A stretch of DNA of 64,000 bases from Eledone cirrhosa. Lineage: Eukaryota. The stretch's first letter is position 1. Each line of letters opens with the position of its first letter. The notes beneath the pieces are model-generated. The model had not been told where the DNA came from and did no database searches. It saw nothing but the letters and a program-made list of their open reading frames with translations. Positions 13,386-27,131 of the stretch are shown piece by piece. The position numbers and the translations under genes are program-made. The stretch covers positions 30,442,001-30,506,000 of the forward strand of contig OZ024745.1 in the NCBI GenBank assembly GCA_964016885.1, given 5' to 3'.

Positions 13386-14114
13386 ATGATCCAGGTGTGT
13401 AAGACTATTTTCCAATATTTATTACACACATCCACACAGGCGCGTGTTTCCCTGTAGGTGTACACAGTTCATGTGCACACACAACCATGATTCTACCGTA
13501 AAACCCACCAACAGTTTCCACAAAATCACACCAAGAATCAGTATCCAGATAGACACCCAACACATGTGCACACACTTGCACCCATCGACACTAGGACACA
13601 TAGCACAAATCTTTACATAATTGTTTCTACTTTTTGCACAAGGCCAGCAATTACCCAGTACATTACTGGTACTTTATTTTATCAACCCCGTAAGGATGAA
13701 AGGCAAAGTTGACCTCGGCGGGATTTGAACTTACATAATATTATAGAAACATGCTTATTTTTGCAGACCCACACACAAACATTTAGATATCAACCAAAGC
13801 CAATCAGCACCCCCAACACCAACACTATACACATACACCCAGAAAGAGGCTGGTATAACAACACCAATCTAACTGCTACGCAACAACAACACTCACTCAG
13901 GCACTCCATTACAGAAAAACAACAAACATACATATGCGAACCAGGCCACATACACATGCATGCACTGAAATCATAAACTGACAAAAGTGCACAACAAATA
14001 CAAAATTTCAATACTACACTATCTCTCACACACATACACATACCCAGACATGCTAACTCGCAGACACAGGCACACCCACATATACACATGCACAGGGTGT
14101 GCCACATATTAACA

Positions 14115-15008
14115 TGTACAGAGGGTGCTCTGAAAGTACAGTAGCCAGAGTCAGAACGGGATGGAAAAAGTTCAGAGAGCTTATACCACTATTGGCCGCT
14201 AAAGGTTTTTCGCTAAAAATGAAAGGCAGACTGTATGATGCCTTCATAAGAACAACAATGTTACATGGCAGTGAGACTTGGGCATTGTGTGCAGAGGATC
14301 TGCACAGACTGGAGAGGAACAAAGCATGAATGCTCCATTGGATGTGTAATAGTAATATACGTGAACAGCAAAGCATAAATGAACTAAGTGATAAATTAGG
14401 TATTAGCGGGATCAGATGCTGTTTACTCGAGAGAAGACAACGTTGGTATGGTCACGTGATGCGCATGAAAGATGACAGGACGATCAAAATTGATGGAAGT
14501 TATGGAGTAGGTAGACCCAGAAAAACCTGGGATGATTTAATAAATTCCGACGTCACACACCTACACCTCTCTAAGACAGTGTCACTGGACCGAGATCTTT
14601 GGCGCTACACAGTAATACAGAGTACCCGCCTTGTCTCAGTACAAAGCGAAACCTACAGTCAGTAGGCACCTCTTAATCAAATATACACCCCCATCCCACT
14701 ACCCCTAACCCCATCTACAGCACCCCTTTCTCTGTAAAGTTATGTTGGTACCACAACATCCAGTCCTAAATAAATGAGGTCGTGTAGGTGTCACGACAAA
14801 AAAACACACAGTCCATGCTGTAATGTGGTCGTGTAGGTAACACAGTAAAAACCTCCCAGTCCACACTGTAAATGTGGTTGGTGTTAGGAAGAGCATCCGA
14901 CCGTAGAAAACCTGCCAGACAGTCCTATACGAGCGAGACAACCAATCTTGCCTCACGTGGGACAATTCCCGTCTAAACCCATGCTAGCGTGGAAGATAGA
15001 CGTTAAAC

Positions 15009-15054
<46 letters not shown>
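14115..15054 (+). mobile_element. RTE LINE 3' portion with UTR and (GAT)n tail
   Basis: ARVRTGWKKFREL, MLHGSETW, RWYGHVMRM and GRPRKTW, followed by the tail. Confidence 0.9.
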
Positions 15055-15058
<4 letters not shown>

Positions 15059-15806
15059 TATCAATTACAACAACATGCACTTACATGCAAACACATGCAT
15101 GTGCAACCTTATATACAAACCTAATGTAGCTTTAGAACAATTCCCGTATACATGCAAATACAGACATATGCCGGTAAAACAAAAGCACAAATATATTTTC
15201 TCACAACACTCACTCCAACACCCCACAACAAATACGACAAACACAGTGACAACAATCCTACATCTCCAAAACAACAACAATCACAATACTGACAAGACAG
15301 TTAGTAGATATTTAATAAAACAAAAAAATAATAGGAAGGTCAGTGGTTTTGTTGATATGGGTGGGGGCATACAAAATAAGTAACTGGGTACATGTGTGTG
15401 TAGTGTCTGCGTGTAGTCCTTCTAAAATCTCTGATCCCTCCAATGCACCTTTGGAAACTACGACACACACACACACCCACTCAAGATGACATAGGAAAAA
15501 CATACATTCTTTAAACCTTGACAATTCTTCACCACTCCCAAACTACAATATGTCAAACGCAAATACACATTGACAATGAAACATGCACACACATACACAC
15601 ACACACATGCACACACTCAACTAATCCCTGAGAATACATAATGTACCCTTGATGTGAATCTTAATCACAGAAGGGAGATATATCTCCAGTTTGGAATTTG
15701 CTGCTGAAATAGCAAGATCTCAGCCATTGGGCCCCAACTCCCTAATATATATGTGTATATATATATATATACACACACACACATATATAAATCATATTAA
15801 ACATAC

Positions 15807-15854
15807 CTTTTTTAGTTTCCAGCACTCTAGTTTTTGCAGTAGCAAGCATTATTT
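15807..15854 (-). CDS. Micro-exon m8 (48 nt): (E)IMLATAKTRVLETKK
   Basis: TTTTAACATCAG acceptor, AG|GTATG donor, open frame. Confidence 0.78.
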
Positions 15855-16262
15855 CTGATGTTAAAATAAATTAATAAAATGGCTTAAATATCATTTGAAA
15901 CAGCATATTGACATTTTCCCCTCATTTTATTGTATTATATATATATATGAACCCGAATCCCATCACTTCTCCAGATCTGAATAAAATCTATTTCTTCCAG
16001 AGTTAGGAAAGAGATTGATAAAGAGGAAGTGAGGAAGAGATATGGAGGAAAAATCAACCCCAGTTCTAGACAAATATTTCTTTTATCAACCTCGAAAGAA
16101 CAAATGGTGAAGTCGAACTTGGTGGGATTTGAATTCAGAGCACAGAGAACCAAAACAAATCATGCAAAGCAGTTTACTGCATATATTGTTTGTATATATT
16201 TTAAAAAAAGAAAGAATCTTTAAATAAACTTTTCTGTATCTATATCTATTTTTACCTATTAT

Positions 16263-16326
<64 letters not shown>

Positions 16327-16640
16327 CACACACACTTTGTAAGGTCATAGTGCTGGTGCCATGAAAAAAAGCACCCCGTCCAATCTTTTAGGAGATAAAA
16401 CTGGTAACATGATGAAAAACACCCAGCTGATTCTGTAAGATGGTACTGCCAGTTATGATAAAATGCTCCCTGTACAAGCCATAAATTGGATGACATTAGG
16501 AAGGGCATTCAGCCATAGAGACCATGCCAGAATGGAATGTATGAGCAGAAGACAGTCATCTGACCTTCCTAACCAGCCACAGAATATGACAACAGTTCTG
16601 ATCTATACAAGCATGGAAAATAGACATAAAATGCTAATAT

Positions 16641-17024
16641 AACAATTGTTTCTACTTTAGGCACAAGGCCAGCAAATTACTCAGTTCATTACTGGTACTT
16701 TATTTTATCGACCCCGTAAGGATGAAAGGCGAAGTCAACCTCAGCGGGATTTGAACTCAGATCGTAAAGGGACGTAACTATGCTGGAAAGCATGGTGTCC
16801 GACCCTCTACCGATACTGCCAATCCACCGCCTAATATAATAATTGTTTCTACTTTAGGCACAAGGCCAGCAATTACCCAGTGCATTACTGGTACTTTATT
16901 TTATCGACCCCGTAAGGATGAAAGGCAAAGTCAACCTCGGCGGGATTTGAACTCAGATCGTAAAGGGACGTAACTATGCTGGAAAGCATGGTGTCCGACC
17001 CTCTACCGATACTGCCAATCCACT
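16641..17024 (-). mobile_element. Tandem dimer of young tRNA-derived SINEs
   Basis: Two near-identical copies of about 188 bp (16641-16831 and 16838-17024) with a GAGTTCAAATCC B-box. Confidence 0.88.
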
Positions 17025-17060
17025 GAGGATATATATATATATAAATTATATTAAACATAC

Positions 17061-17111
17061 CTTCTTCCTGTGTCCGCAATCTTTTCTTTTTTGCAGCAAG
17101 AAGTATTATAT
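17061..17111 (-). CDS. Micro-exon m7 (51 nt): (D)IILLAAKKKRLRTQEE
   Basis: TTCAACACTAG acceptor, AG|GTATG donor, open frame. Confidence 0.78.
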
Positions 17112-17280
17112 CTAGTGTTGAAAAAATTAACAAAATGGTTTAAATATCATTTGAAACAATATATTACATTGACTTACCCCTTCTCATATTATATATATAT
17201 ACATATATATATATTAGAAAATGAGTTTTTTTTTACAAAATGAAAAAAAAAACGAAATGTCCTACACAAGTGAAAGTATA

Positions 17281-17543
17281 AGGAAAAAAGATGAAATCGA
17301 AAATGCAACTGGAGTCTTTTTAAGAATATTTATTTGGTTCCTTTACCGGTTTCGCAGTTCTTGTGCTTTTCAAAAGTAGAATTGAGAGGATTTGTGGTTT
17401 TTCTCACAGATGCAAGAAAAACCACAAACCCTTCATCTCAATTCTACTTTTGAAAAGCACAAGAACTGCGAAACCAGTAAAGGAACCAAATAAATATTCT
17501 TAAAAAGAGACCAGCTACATTTTCGATTTTATCTTTTTTCCCT
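17281..17543. repeat. Fold-back (inverted repeat) element with arms of about 125 bp
   Basis: 17281-17404 is the reverse complement of 17415-17543. Each arm holds a degenerate hammerhead-like GAAACCRGTA. Confidence 0.9.
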
Positions 17544-19160
17544 ATATATATATATGCATGATCCCATAACTCCTGTTAGAGTTGTCGAGATGCTATAGTA
17601 ACACAGCATTTCAGGGGCATTTTGTTTAAACCTGGTAGGGCCTATTACTTCTGATCTGAATTTAGCACATTCTTCTAATGAAGGAGGGAGAGTGAGAGAG
17701 AAGGGAATCGAAAAAGAGTTATAGAGGAGGAGTCATCTCCAGTACTTTTTAATCGACCTTGGCAAGATGTAAAGAAAAGTTGACCTCAGCAAGATTTGAA
17801 CTCATATCACATCTGAATTGGAAGAAATTTGTATTAGCCTTTGATTCCTTGTTAAGTACTTCTTTACAGTGCTCTGCTCAAGGTTTTATTATATCCTGCT
17901 GATCTGTCAAGAGATTGTCACCAACTCATAGAATGGGAGAGTTTCCCTCCCTGTTTGGTTCAAACACTCCCTTCAAATTTCAATAAAAAGCCTTCATGTC
18001 ATGCCTCTTAAATGATTCTTGAAGAGCTTTCACTCTTTCATCTCACCATTTTTGCTTTATTTCCCATAGCTTTGCTTGAATTGTGTTTTTTGCTGCTTTG
18101 TAATGCTTTTTACTTTTGAGAATTTTGTCTGCTTTTCATTTCTTTTTGTATAGCCTGTACATTTCTTGAAGCTCCCCAAATATGTCAACATTTTCATCAG
18201 ACCAGTCCTGGCTCCTTTTTAGAAAAGCCAAGCGCCTCCTTTGAGAACTCGTAGATGTTATCTCTTAGCTGAGGCCTTGATTCTTCAATATTTTCTGTGA
18301 TGTTTATGTTCTACAGATTTTCATTTAAAGCATTAACCAAAACTTTTCTTGTATCAGGTTTGAACTTAGTGATATCCAATTTATTTGTGAATTGTTTCCA
18401 GTCATGTGTAACTGCTAGTTTTAGCTTCATTTTCATGCAACTTCACACTAAAGCATGGTCTGACTAACACTGCCGAAGGAAAGGCCCAAATTAGTGTGAC
18501 ATCACTTGTATCATGGCTCTGCACCATGATATAGTCAAGGTTATACCTATGACCTGCCTATGGTACCTCCAGGTGGTTTTATATTTATTGGTCTGTTGAT
18601 ATAGATACCAAAGTCACTGAGTGATGCTATAGTGACACAGCATTTCTAGGGTATTTTGTTTAAACCTAGTGGAGCCTATCCCTTCTTCAGATCTAAATAT
18701 AGCATATTCTTCCAGAGAAGGAGAGAGAGCATGAGAGAAAGGAAGTAAAAAAGAGTTATGAAGGAAGAATCATATATATACTCTATAATGTGGTAGTGCT
18801 GGTAACATGAAAAAAGGATCCAATCTACTTTGTAAAGTGTGAGTTTTGGTGCTATGACAAAAGAACAAACCAAAACATCATGACCTTATTGTTAGGAGGT
18901 AGCACTGGTGCTATAACAAGAAGTACCTAGTTCACACTGTTAGATGGTACTGCCAGAGTCATGATAAAATGCCACTGGTACATGTTGTTAATTAATTGCT
19001 ATTAGGAAGGGCATCCAGCTTCAAAAACAATGCCAGAATCGAATGTCATCTGATTTTATTAACTAGTTACAGAAGGTGACAAAAGATCTAATCCATGTAA
19101 GTATGGAAAATAATCATAAAATGATAATGATAATAATGATGAGGATATATGTATATATAT

Positions 19161-20428
19161 AGGGGTCACACCCGACTGTGAATGGATTGCAACCTCCGGA
19201 GTCAATTATCTAAACGAAAACCACGTAGCAAAAATTTAAATAACATAGCTGTCATTGGAAGGTTTGGTTGTGAGTTATCCCTTCTATATATATCTATATA
19301 TTCTACAGAAATGTGCACTCACTATAATAAACACGCGTATTATTATAACAATATATGCTCATTCTGCCATATGTGATTCTGGAAGCGGAGTTTTCTATAT
19401 ACACTTTTTCTCTATATGTAACGGGATTGCCATCACGATTTGTATTTACTGTGGTACAGTTGTATGTGAAGCGATATATTGGTTGAACACCAACTTGGGC
19501 ATACAGTGAATTTCACCTAGCACGTTGGATTGAGCAACCGAATGTTTTCAATTTCCTCACATCTGTGCCGGCTGTATATGTGCCATACATTTCTTTAACT
19601 CGTCGTACTTTCTTTTGTTTTTTATTGTAGATTTTAGGTGTATATCCCAGACCACCTATGGTGATAAATCCCCTGGGTATAGGTTTTGGAAAAATAGTGT
19701 TATCTCACTTAACGTTCGGAACTGGAACATATCGATGTGGTTCGTAGGGTGCGGATATGATAATCGACCTGTTACAAGGCGATATAATTGGAGTACACCA
19801 TCCCTCATATGGACTATCATACATGTAAGGCTGCACAACTGTTAACCAACTATTCTTTTCACAGACTCATCCTTGCAAACTCTCTTGATCTGCCTGTGCA
19901 CCCTCTTTTTGTACTGCTTGTGCTTTGATGCATCTATGCTTTGCTTTGTCTTATATTTTTGGGGGGTTTCCGGGCTTTTTGTTCCTTTATTGTTTTGTAT
20001 TTTTATATTTATCTCTTTTCTTATCCCTGTATTTTTGTACTTTTTTATTATTTTTTTTTATTATTTTCTTATTGTTTCTGATCATGCTGAGTAATACCCT
20101 CACTCATCCCATGCTACCCTCTCCCAACCTCTTTATCATCTATTGCACCATTTAAGTGATAAATCTTTGGTGTAATTTTTAATTTAAAAATTTTTAAGAC
20201 ATTTTATGACATTATGCGCATCATGTATTCTGTCTTTTTCCATATAGCGCTGGCCTCGGGACCCCCTTGCTGGTCATTTAACCTTGTTCTGGTGACGCAG
20301 CTCGATGGAGCACGCAACTACTGATATACTCATGTTTATAGGCTCTGAAGATTCCTGTCCTGGTGTCGGGATGAAACACTGTTAGCTAATAAAACAATGT
20401 ATTTCTAAGCACTCTTTGGTTATTCCTA

Positions 20429-20432
<4 letters not shown>
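19161..20432. mobile_element. Insertion of about 1.27 kb into (TA)n, probably Penelope-related
   Basis: Absent at the paralogous TA tract of copy A (about 1766-1825). Carries a hammerhead motif near its right end. Confidence 0.6.
20335..20394 (+). ncRNA. Type I hammerhead ribozyme-like motif
   Basis: GGCT-CTGAAGA-(t)TCCTG..CGGGA(t)-GAAA-CACTG-TT-AGCT. Core intact, stems short. Confidence 0.55.
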
Positions 20433-20485
<53 letters not shown>

Positions 20486-20519
20486 GCACACATATATATG
20501 TAAATTATATTAAACATAC

Positions 20520-20567
20520 CTTTTTCCTTCATCATCTCTTCTTTTATTGCAGACACCGCTATGACTT
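20520..20567 (-). CDS. Micro-exon m6 (48 nt): (E)VIAVSAIKEEMMKEK
   Basis: TTTTAACATCAG acceptor, G|GTATG donor. Positional paralog of m15. Confidence 0.78.
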
Positions 20568-21316
20568 CTGATGTTAAAAAAATTAACACAATGTCTTACA
20601 TATCATTTGAAACAACATAATACATTGACATTATATATTTCTACTACATTGTACCTGCTTTTTGAAACTTATCAGTCTTTTATTACATATCTCACAGTAA
20701 CTATATTAACTATACTACTACTATATATATCAGTATATACATTGTATATATGGATTGAAAAAGTAGCAGGAGAAATGAAATATTTGGAATGAATGAACAA
20801 AGAATGAAGTTTCCTCTTCAGCCACACATGGGCAATGCAATTTCATGCCAAAAGTGTTACTTTTAATATTGAGCCCAGATTGCATAACAGCTTAGAGTAA
20901 GCCATTGGAAAGATGTATATGAGACAATACAGCATAGAAACAGAGGATAACATATACATATATCCTCTGTTATGTGGTAGTGCTGGTGCCACGAAAAACG
21001 GCATCCAGTCAATCATGTAAAGTGTGAGTGCTAGTGTTATGACAAAAAACACTCAGTTCATTCTACAAGATCAAACTGTCAGAGTCATGATAAAATGATA
21101 CTGGTATACATCGTTAACTAGTTGATAGTAGGGAGGGCATCCAGCTTTAAAAACAATGTCAGAATGGAACATATGAGCAAAAGACAGGCATCTGATCTGC
21201 CTAACCAGCCTCAGAAGTTGACAAGAAGTCTAACCCCTGCAAGTATAGAAAATAGACATAAAAGAATAATGGAAATAATGATAAAGATATATATATACAC
21301 ATTATATTCAACATAC

Positions 21317-21367
21317 CGTCTTCAACTTTCAGAATTCCTTGTTTTTTCAAATTAGCAATTAGTTTTT
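21317..21367 (-). CDS. Micro-exon m5 (51 nt): (E)KLIANLKKQGILKVED
   Basis: TTTAACATTAG acceptor, G|GTATGTTGAATATAAT donor. Positional paralog of m14. Confidence 0.78.
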
Positions 21368-21874
21368 CTAATGTTAAAGAAAAAAATTAACAAAATGGCT
21401 TACATTTCATTAGAAACAACATATTACATTGACTTTCCCCTCCTCATATTATATATAATACCATAACTCCTGGTAGAGTTGTAAAGATGTTATAGTGACA
21501 CAGCATTTCTGGGGCATTTTGTTTAAACCTGGTAGAGCCTATCCCTTGTCTGAATATAGGATATTCTTCCAAAGAAGGAGAAAGAGCACGAGAGAAAAGA
21601 AGTAAAAAGAGTTATAGAGGAAGGATCATCTCCCTTGGCAAGATGAAAAGAAAAGTTGACCTCAGCAGGATTTGAACTCACATCACTTTTGAGTTGGAAG
21701 AAATCCTGCTAAGTCTATCGATTGTTCTAACAACTGCCAATTTGTGGGCTATATTATATATATAATTACGTATATTATGGGTAATAGTAATATACGTAAT
21801 TATATATATAATTGTAAGCAGGGAAAAGCGGACGTAAAATGATGATGATGATGATGATGATATATATATATATA

Positions 21875-22310
21875 TGGAAGCCTTGGAGTAGGAGACCCAG
21901 GAAGATTGTGGATGAGGTGATAAAAGCTCACCATGCCCAATTGCACCTCTCAAAGACGATGACATTGTACCGAGACCTCTGGTGTTATTCTGGTGGATGG
22001 CTAATAGTAATATTTATAAAAGGCAAAGCATAAACAAACAGAGAGAAACTAGGCATAGGAATTAGTTGCAGAGTGCAGGAGAGGAGATTGTGTTGGTATG
22101 GGCATGTGATGCATATATGAAGGATGACAGCTGTATAAAAAGATGCAGAAAGCTCAAAGTCTATGGAAGCCTTGGAGTGGGGAGACCCAGAAAGACTTGG
22201 GATGAGGTGATAAATTACACCCCTTACACCCCTTAAAGATGATGACACAGGACCAAGTTTTCTGTTGTTAAGCAATAATACAGAAAACCTGCCTTCCCAC
22301 TGGCACAGGC
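21875..22310 (+). mobile_element. RTE 3' fragments
   Basis: ERRLCWYGHVM and GRPRKTWDEVI remnants. Confidence 0.65.
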
Positions 22311-22878
22311 TAAAGCTGAAGTATATATATAGTATGAATATAGTTAGAATAAGTTTTTTGTCTATCCCATAAATAGAGATTTTCTCACATAATTTTAATT
22401 TGTAATATTGCTTTTCTGAGATTCCTTTCGTTGAGATGTTTAAGTATTAGAGAACAATTAACCTTTAATTAATATTAAACTGCTCCTTAATTTGTCCAGT
22501 TGTACCAGACGGTCTTTCAGTTTCTATTTCTAGCAACATTATAAGCCTGCCACATAGTCCTTATTGTTAGGAGACTTTTGATCATGTAACGCTACATGTG
22601 TTTTTATTCCAGCATACTACTTCGGCAAATGAAATAGTATGTATGATTTCTTGGTCAATTTCTCTTAGATTTTGAAGAATTAAACTTCCCTGAAGAGTAT
22701 GGCAGATTCTTCAATCATCGGTGACTCCAATAAGAATTCTTCCCCATATAAACCATGGTAGGATGATCTATATATATGTGAGTTTAGATAGAATATATTT
22801 GTACTTCCATAAATATAGTTTTTTCTCACTTAATTTTAATATAATATATATAAATATTTATATATGTTATTATTATTA

Positions 22879-23950
22879 TTCCTCTGTCATCTACTACCAG
22901 CTGACTGTCGTGCCTTTCCCCTGTCCATACCTCGCCAAGTTGGAACGACTCCTCTTCAAATTCTTGTGGAGAGGACAAGTCCCGTTGGTGAGGCGGTCCA
23001 TCTTCTGCCAGCACCCTCTACGCAGAGGGCTGGGCATGCCGTGGCTAATGATGCGCAGACATACGCTGAGACTGCGACATCTGCAGATATTCTGCCTAAA
23101 CAGTGAACAGATGTGGTTGCCATTTATCAGATGGGCCTTTCCGCAGCTCAATTCTTTGACTGAGCTGCAGTCCTGGGTCAAGAAGAGACCAAGACTGGAT
23201 GATTGGCATCTGGAATGTTGCCAGGTACTCTCTGCCCTCTACCAAGTGGTCAATGCATTCAGTGGAACTTCCACTCTCGAGTTCTATAGAGGATTAGTGG
23301 TGGGAAAGTGCATTACTGACTTGTGGAGTTATGTCGAACAGCTGTTGTCATGTGTAGAATGGATCCGGCTATCGGCTGAGTACACAGTGAAGATTGACCC
23401 GCCCTTTCCTTTGGCCAGGAAGGGCAGGTAATTTTCCTCTGTCTGGTGGCAGTTGCGAAAGAGGTTGTATGGTGGACCAGATTGAAAGGACTGAAGACAG
23501 ACACTTTTCTCTTCGGCCAATCCCTCAAGTTTCACCTGGAAAGGAAGGTGAGGGTGGAGAGAGAAGTGCTGCCCCCTAGTACATTTGCTAAAAAGTGGAT
23601 GAATGTGGCGAGAATGGCCCGTGTGAGTGAGCCTACTCTGACCATGCACCTATATGCTGGCTAATTTGAGGAGAGGGGTGCTCTCCCCGGGTGCCCAAGA
23701 AGCTCAGGGCGGTTCAGGATTGGTAGGGTACCTGAGTCACCCCTAGGTCATCCACCCCCTATTTGGGAATTTATTTTGTTATATTTATGCATAGTTTATT
23801 TTATATTTTTATATCTTCATTGTTAAATTAGTCTTGCCATTGTGCACTTTTACTCGAGCTTATTGTAAACCCCCACTTTCCATGTCTTTGTATTGTCCCC
23901 CACATGTTGGCCCTTGTGGACAATAAATAAAATCATTATTATTATCATTA
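22879..23950 (+). mobile_element. L1/Tx1-like LINE 3' fragment, internally deleted, in a (TTA)n tract
   Basis: KLERLLFKFLWRGQVPLVRRSIFCQHPLRRGLGMP resembles the post-RT F(L/I)W...GGLG region of L1/Tx1. Ends with AATAAATAAA plus (ATT)n. Confidence 0.7.
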
Positions 23951-25377
23951 TTATTGAAGGCGTGTTTCTTAAGAGTTAGAGAGTTGAATTCACAATTGTG
24001 AGTATGATATGTTGTGTTCTTGGGTGAAATATTTTAATTCATGTTGCTCCAGTTCACTCATTTGTAGAAATTAGTTGCAATGTCACTAGTGCCAACATGT
24101 ATTGGCCTTTACTTTCTCTTGGACAACATTGGTGGAATGGAGAGGGGAGACTTATATGCATGGGCAATTGTTTGTCTTCCATATAAACACCATACCCAGG
24201 ATGGTTCCTTGGAGGGGAAGTTTCTAGGTACAACTCCCATAGTCATTCATGATAGAAGGGGCTCTTTACCCTTTTTATATATCTATGTATGCATATAGTA
24301 AATTTCACAAAGAAAGTAGGAAATATGCAGGATGAATGTCTTCCTTCCAGGCAGCCCCTGGGCAATGCAATTTCGTACCAAAGGTTGGTATTGCATAATA
24401 TTGAGATATATAGGTTGCACTGCATATGAGACAACACAACATAGACAAAGAGGAGAACATAAATATATATGTATATATAAACCACCATTAAATATGTAAT
24501 TGTCCCTCATTAGACAATAGTGATCTGTAGACAGTTACACACATCTGTAAACAAACCTATATATTTACAACCACACATACACACTATAAGTTAAAAGGAA
24601 AAAATTATAACCCCAAGGAAACCTCTACAAACCTTTTCCTTTCTTTCTTTTTCCCCTTCCCTTTTTTCCTTGAAACCCTGCAGAAACCAATTCTTTAGGG
24701 CAAATTTTTCTCCCCCCACCACAAGGATTCCTTTCAATCATGTTTATACATAATTATATTTTAGTTCCTTTCTTTCTTGTCTTGCCTTTATCTACAAACC
24801 CTAAAAACATACATGATAGAAACCTACATACATACACAGGTACACACCACAAGACAAAAGAAAAGCTGTTTATCCCCTCTTAGATATTTTTAGCTGTTTT
24901 ACAAATCCTGAAAATAACTTGACCTTTTGACACATTAAAACCCCACGTAAATGCACACTCACACTCACACATTAGAGAACAAAGAATTACCATCTAGACC
25001 ATTTTTATGAATAGAAAAGGAATTTTCTATTTAAACCAAGAGAATTTTCTATTGAATCAATTGGATCCTGATCTGTGGAACCCCACTTCCTTGATCACAA
25101 CTCCACTTTCACAAAGAACATATATATGAAATTTTTACAAAAAATTCACATATGTTCCAACTGCCCACAAAATATGATAACATGCTTCTGGTACCTGCAT
25201 ATCTAGTTGATATCAGGGAGAGCATTTGGCTTTAAAAACAATGCTAGAATGGAATGTATGAGCAAAAAACAGTCATCCTATCTTCCTATCAAGCCTGAGA
25301 AGGTGACAACTAACACATTTAAGTATATAAAAATAGACATAAAATGATAATGATAATATAATAAGGATATATATATC

Positions 25378-25419
<42 letters not shown>

Positions 25420-25571
25420 GGTAACAAATAATTGTTATATGCAGTCGACTTAGGTGTAGTCCAGTTATCGTACTCCGGGTAGTGGATGATATCAACGCTT
25501 GGCTAAGTTTGACTCAACAAGGTGTTTCCATAGTTTTGTATAGCAAACCATGTCACTCTTCTTTCCTGATT

Positions 25572-25616
<45 letters not shown>

Positions 25617-25669
25617 TATAGATATATATATATATATATATATATGCTCTTTTCCTGGTACAACCAAAG

Positions 25670-27022
25670 GAGAAGTACCTAGCTAACAGTAAATCCCTCT
25701 ACTTAGCTTTTGTTGGCTTGGAGAAAGCCTTTGACAGAGTCCCACGCACCTTAATCTGGTGGGCTCACAGAAAACTAGCAGTAGATGAATGGCTTGTGAG
25801 AGCTATACAAGCCATGTATCGGGGAACAGTCAGCAAGGTTAGAATTAACAATAAATATAGTGAAGAATTTAGCTTAATAGTAGGAGTTTACCAGGGTTCT
25901 GTCCTTAGCCCCCTCCTATTTATTATTGTCCTACAGGCTATAAAAGAAGGGTTTAAGACTGGCTGCTCATGGGAACTTTTATATGCAGATGATCTAACTC
26001 TCATAGCTGAATCCATGGCTGAACTAGAGAAGAAGTTCCAAACATGGTAGCATGGCCTACAATCAATAGTTAACTTGTCTAAGACTAAAGTTCTAGTATG
26101 TAGAAAGGAGACAGAGGCACAGGTACTCTCTGGGAAATGGCCATGCTCAGTGTGTAAGAATGGAGTAGGTAGAAATTCCATTCTATGTCCCAAATGTTAC
26201 CTGGGTGACAAAATCAGCAGTGGAAGAGAGTGCTCTGAAAGTGTAGTAGCCAGTTAGAATGGGATAGAAAAAGTTCAGAGAGCTACAAGTGGTTTTTCTT
26301 TAAGTGAAAGGCAGATTGTATGATGCTTGTATACGAATGGCGATATTACATGGTAGTGAGACCTAGGCATTGTGTGTTGAAGACTTGCATAGATTAGAAA
26401 GAAATGAAGCTTGCATGCTCCGATGGATGTGTAATAGTATTGCGCGCGAACGGCAAAGAATAAACAAATTGAGAGAGAGACTAAGCCTAAGAGGTATCAA
26501 ATGTTGTGTTCTGGAGAGGAGATTGCGTTGGTATGGCCATGTAATGCGTATGAAGGATGACAGCTCTATAAAAATAGTGCAGTGCAATGAAAATTGATGG
26601 AAGCTACAGAGTGGGTAGGACAAGAAACCCTGGAATGAGGTGATAAAAACTGACCTGACTCACACTTCTCTCAGACAATGTCACTGGATCGAGATTTTTG
26701 GCACCATGCAGTTGTACAGAAGATTCACCTTCCCTTGCATACAAACCTACAGTCAGTAGACACCTCTTAACCCAATATACACCCCACCCCACAAACCCTA
26801 CCCCATCCTCCCATTTCCATCCACTGTGTTGATGACACAACAAAAAGTACCCAGTCCTCACTGTAAAAGTTGTTGGTGTTAGGAAGGGCAACCAGCCATA
26901 GAAAACCTGCCGGAGACACTTCCGTATGAGCGAGACACGGTCCCCCGACCATTCCTGCATCAAATGGAACAAAACCGTCTAACCCATGCTAGCAGGGAAG
27001 ATGGATGTTAAACAATGATGAT
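25670..27022 (+). mobile_element. RTE LINE, 5'-truncated and degenerate (RT through tail)
   Basis: LEKAFDRVPR, GVYQGSVLSPLLF, LLYADDL, WPCSVC and RLRWYGHVMRM, with stops. Confidence 0.9.
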
Positions 27023-27080
27023 ATGTATATATATATATATATACACACACACACAAATATATAAATTATATTAAACATAC

Positions 27081-27131
27081 CATCTTCAGGTGCCAGTTTT
27101 ACATGTTTTCTCGAAGCAGCAAGTAGCATAA
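27081..27131 (-). CDS. Micro-exon m4 (51 nt): (V)MLLAASRKHVKLAPED
   Basis: TTTTAATTTTAG acceptor, G|GTATG donor. Differs from m13 by 1 nt. Confidence 0.78.
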
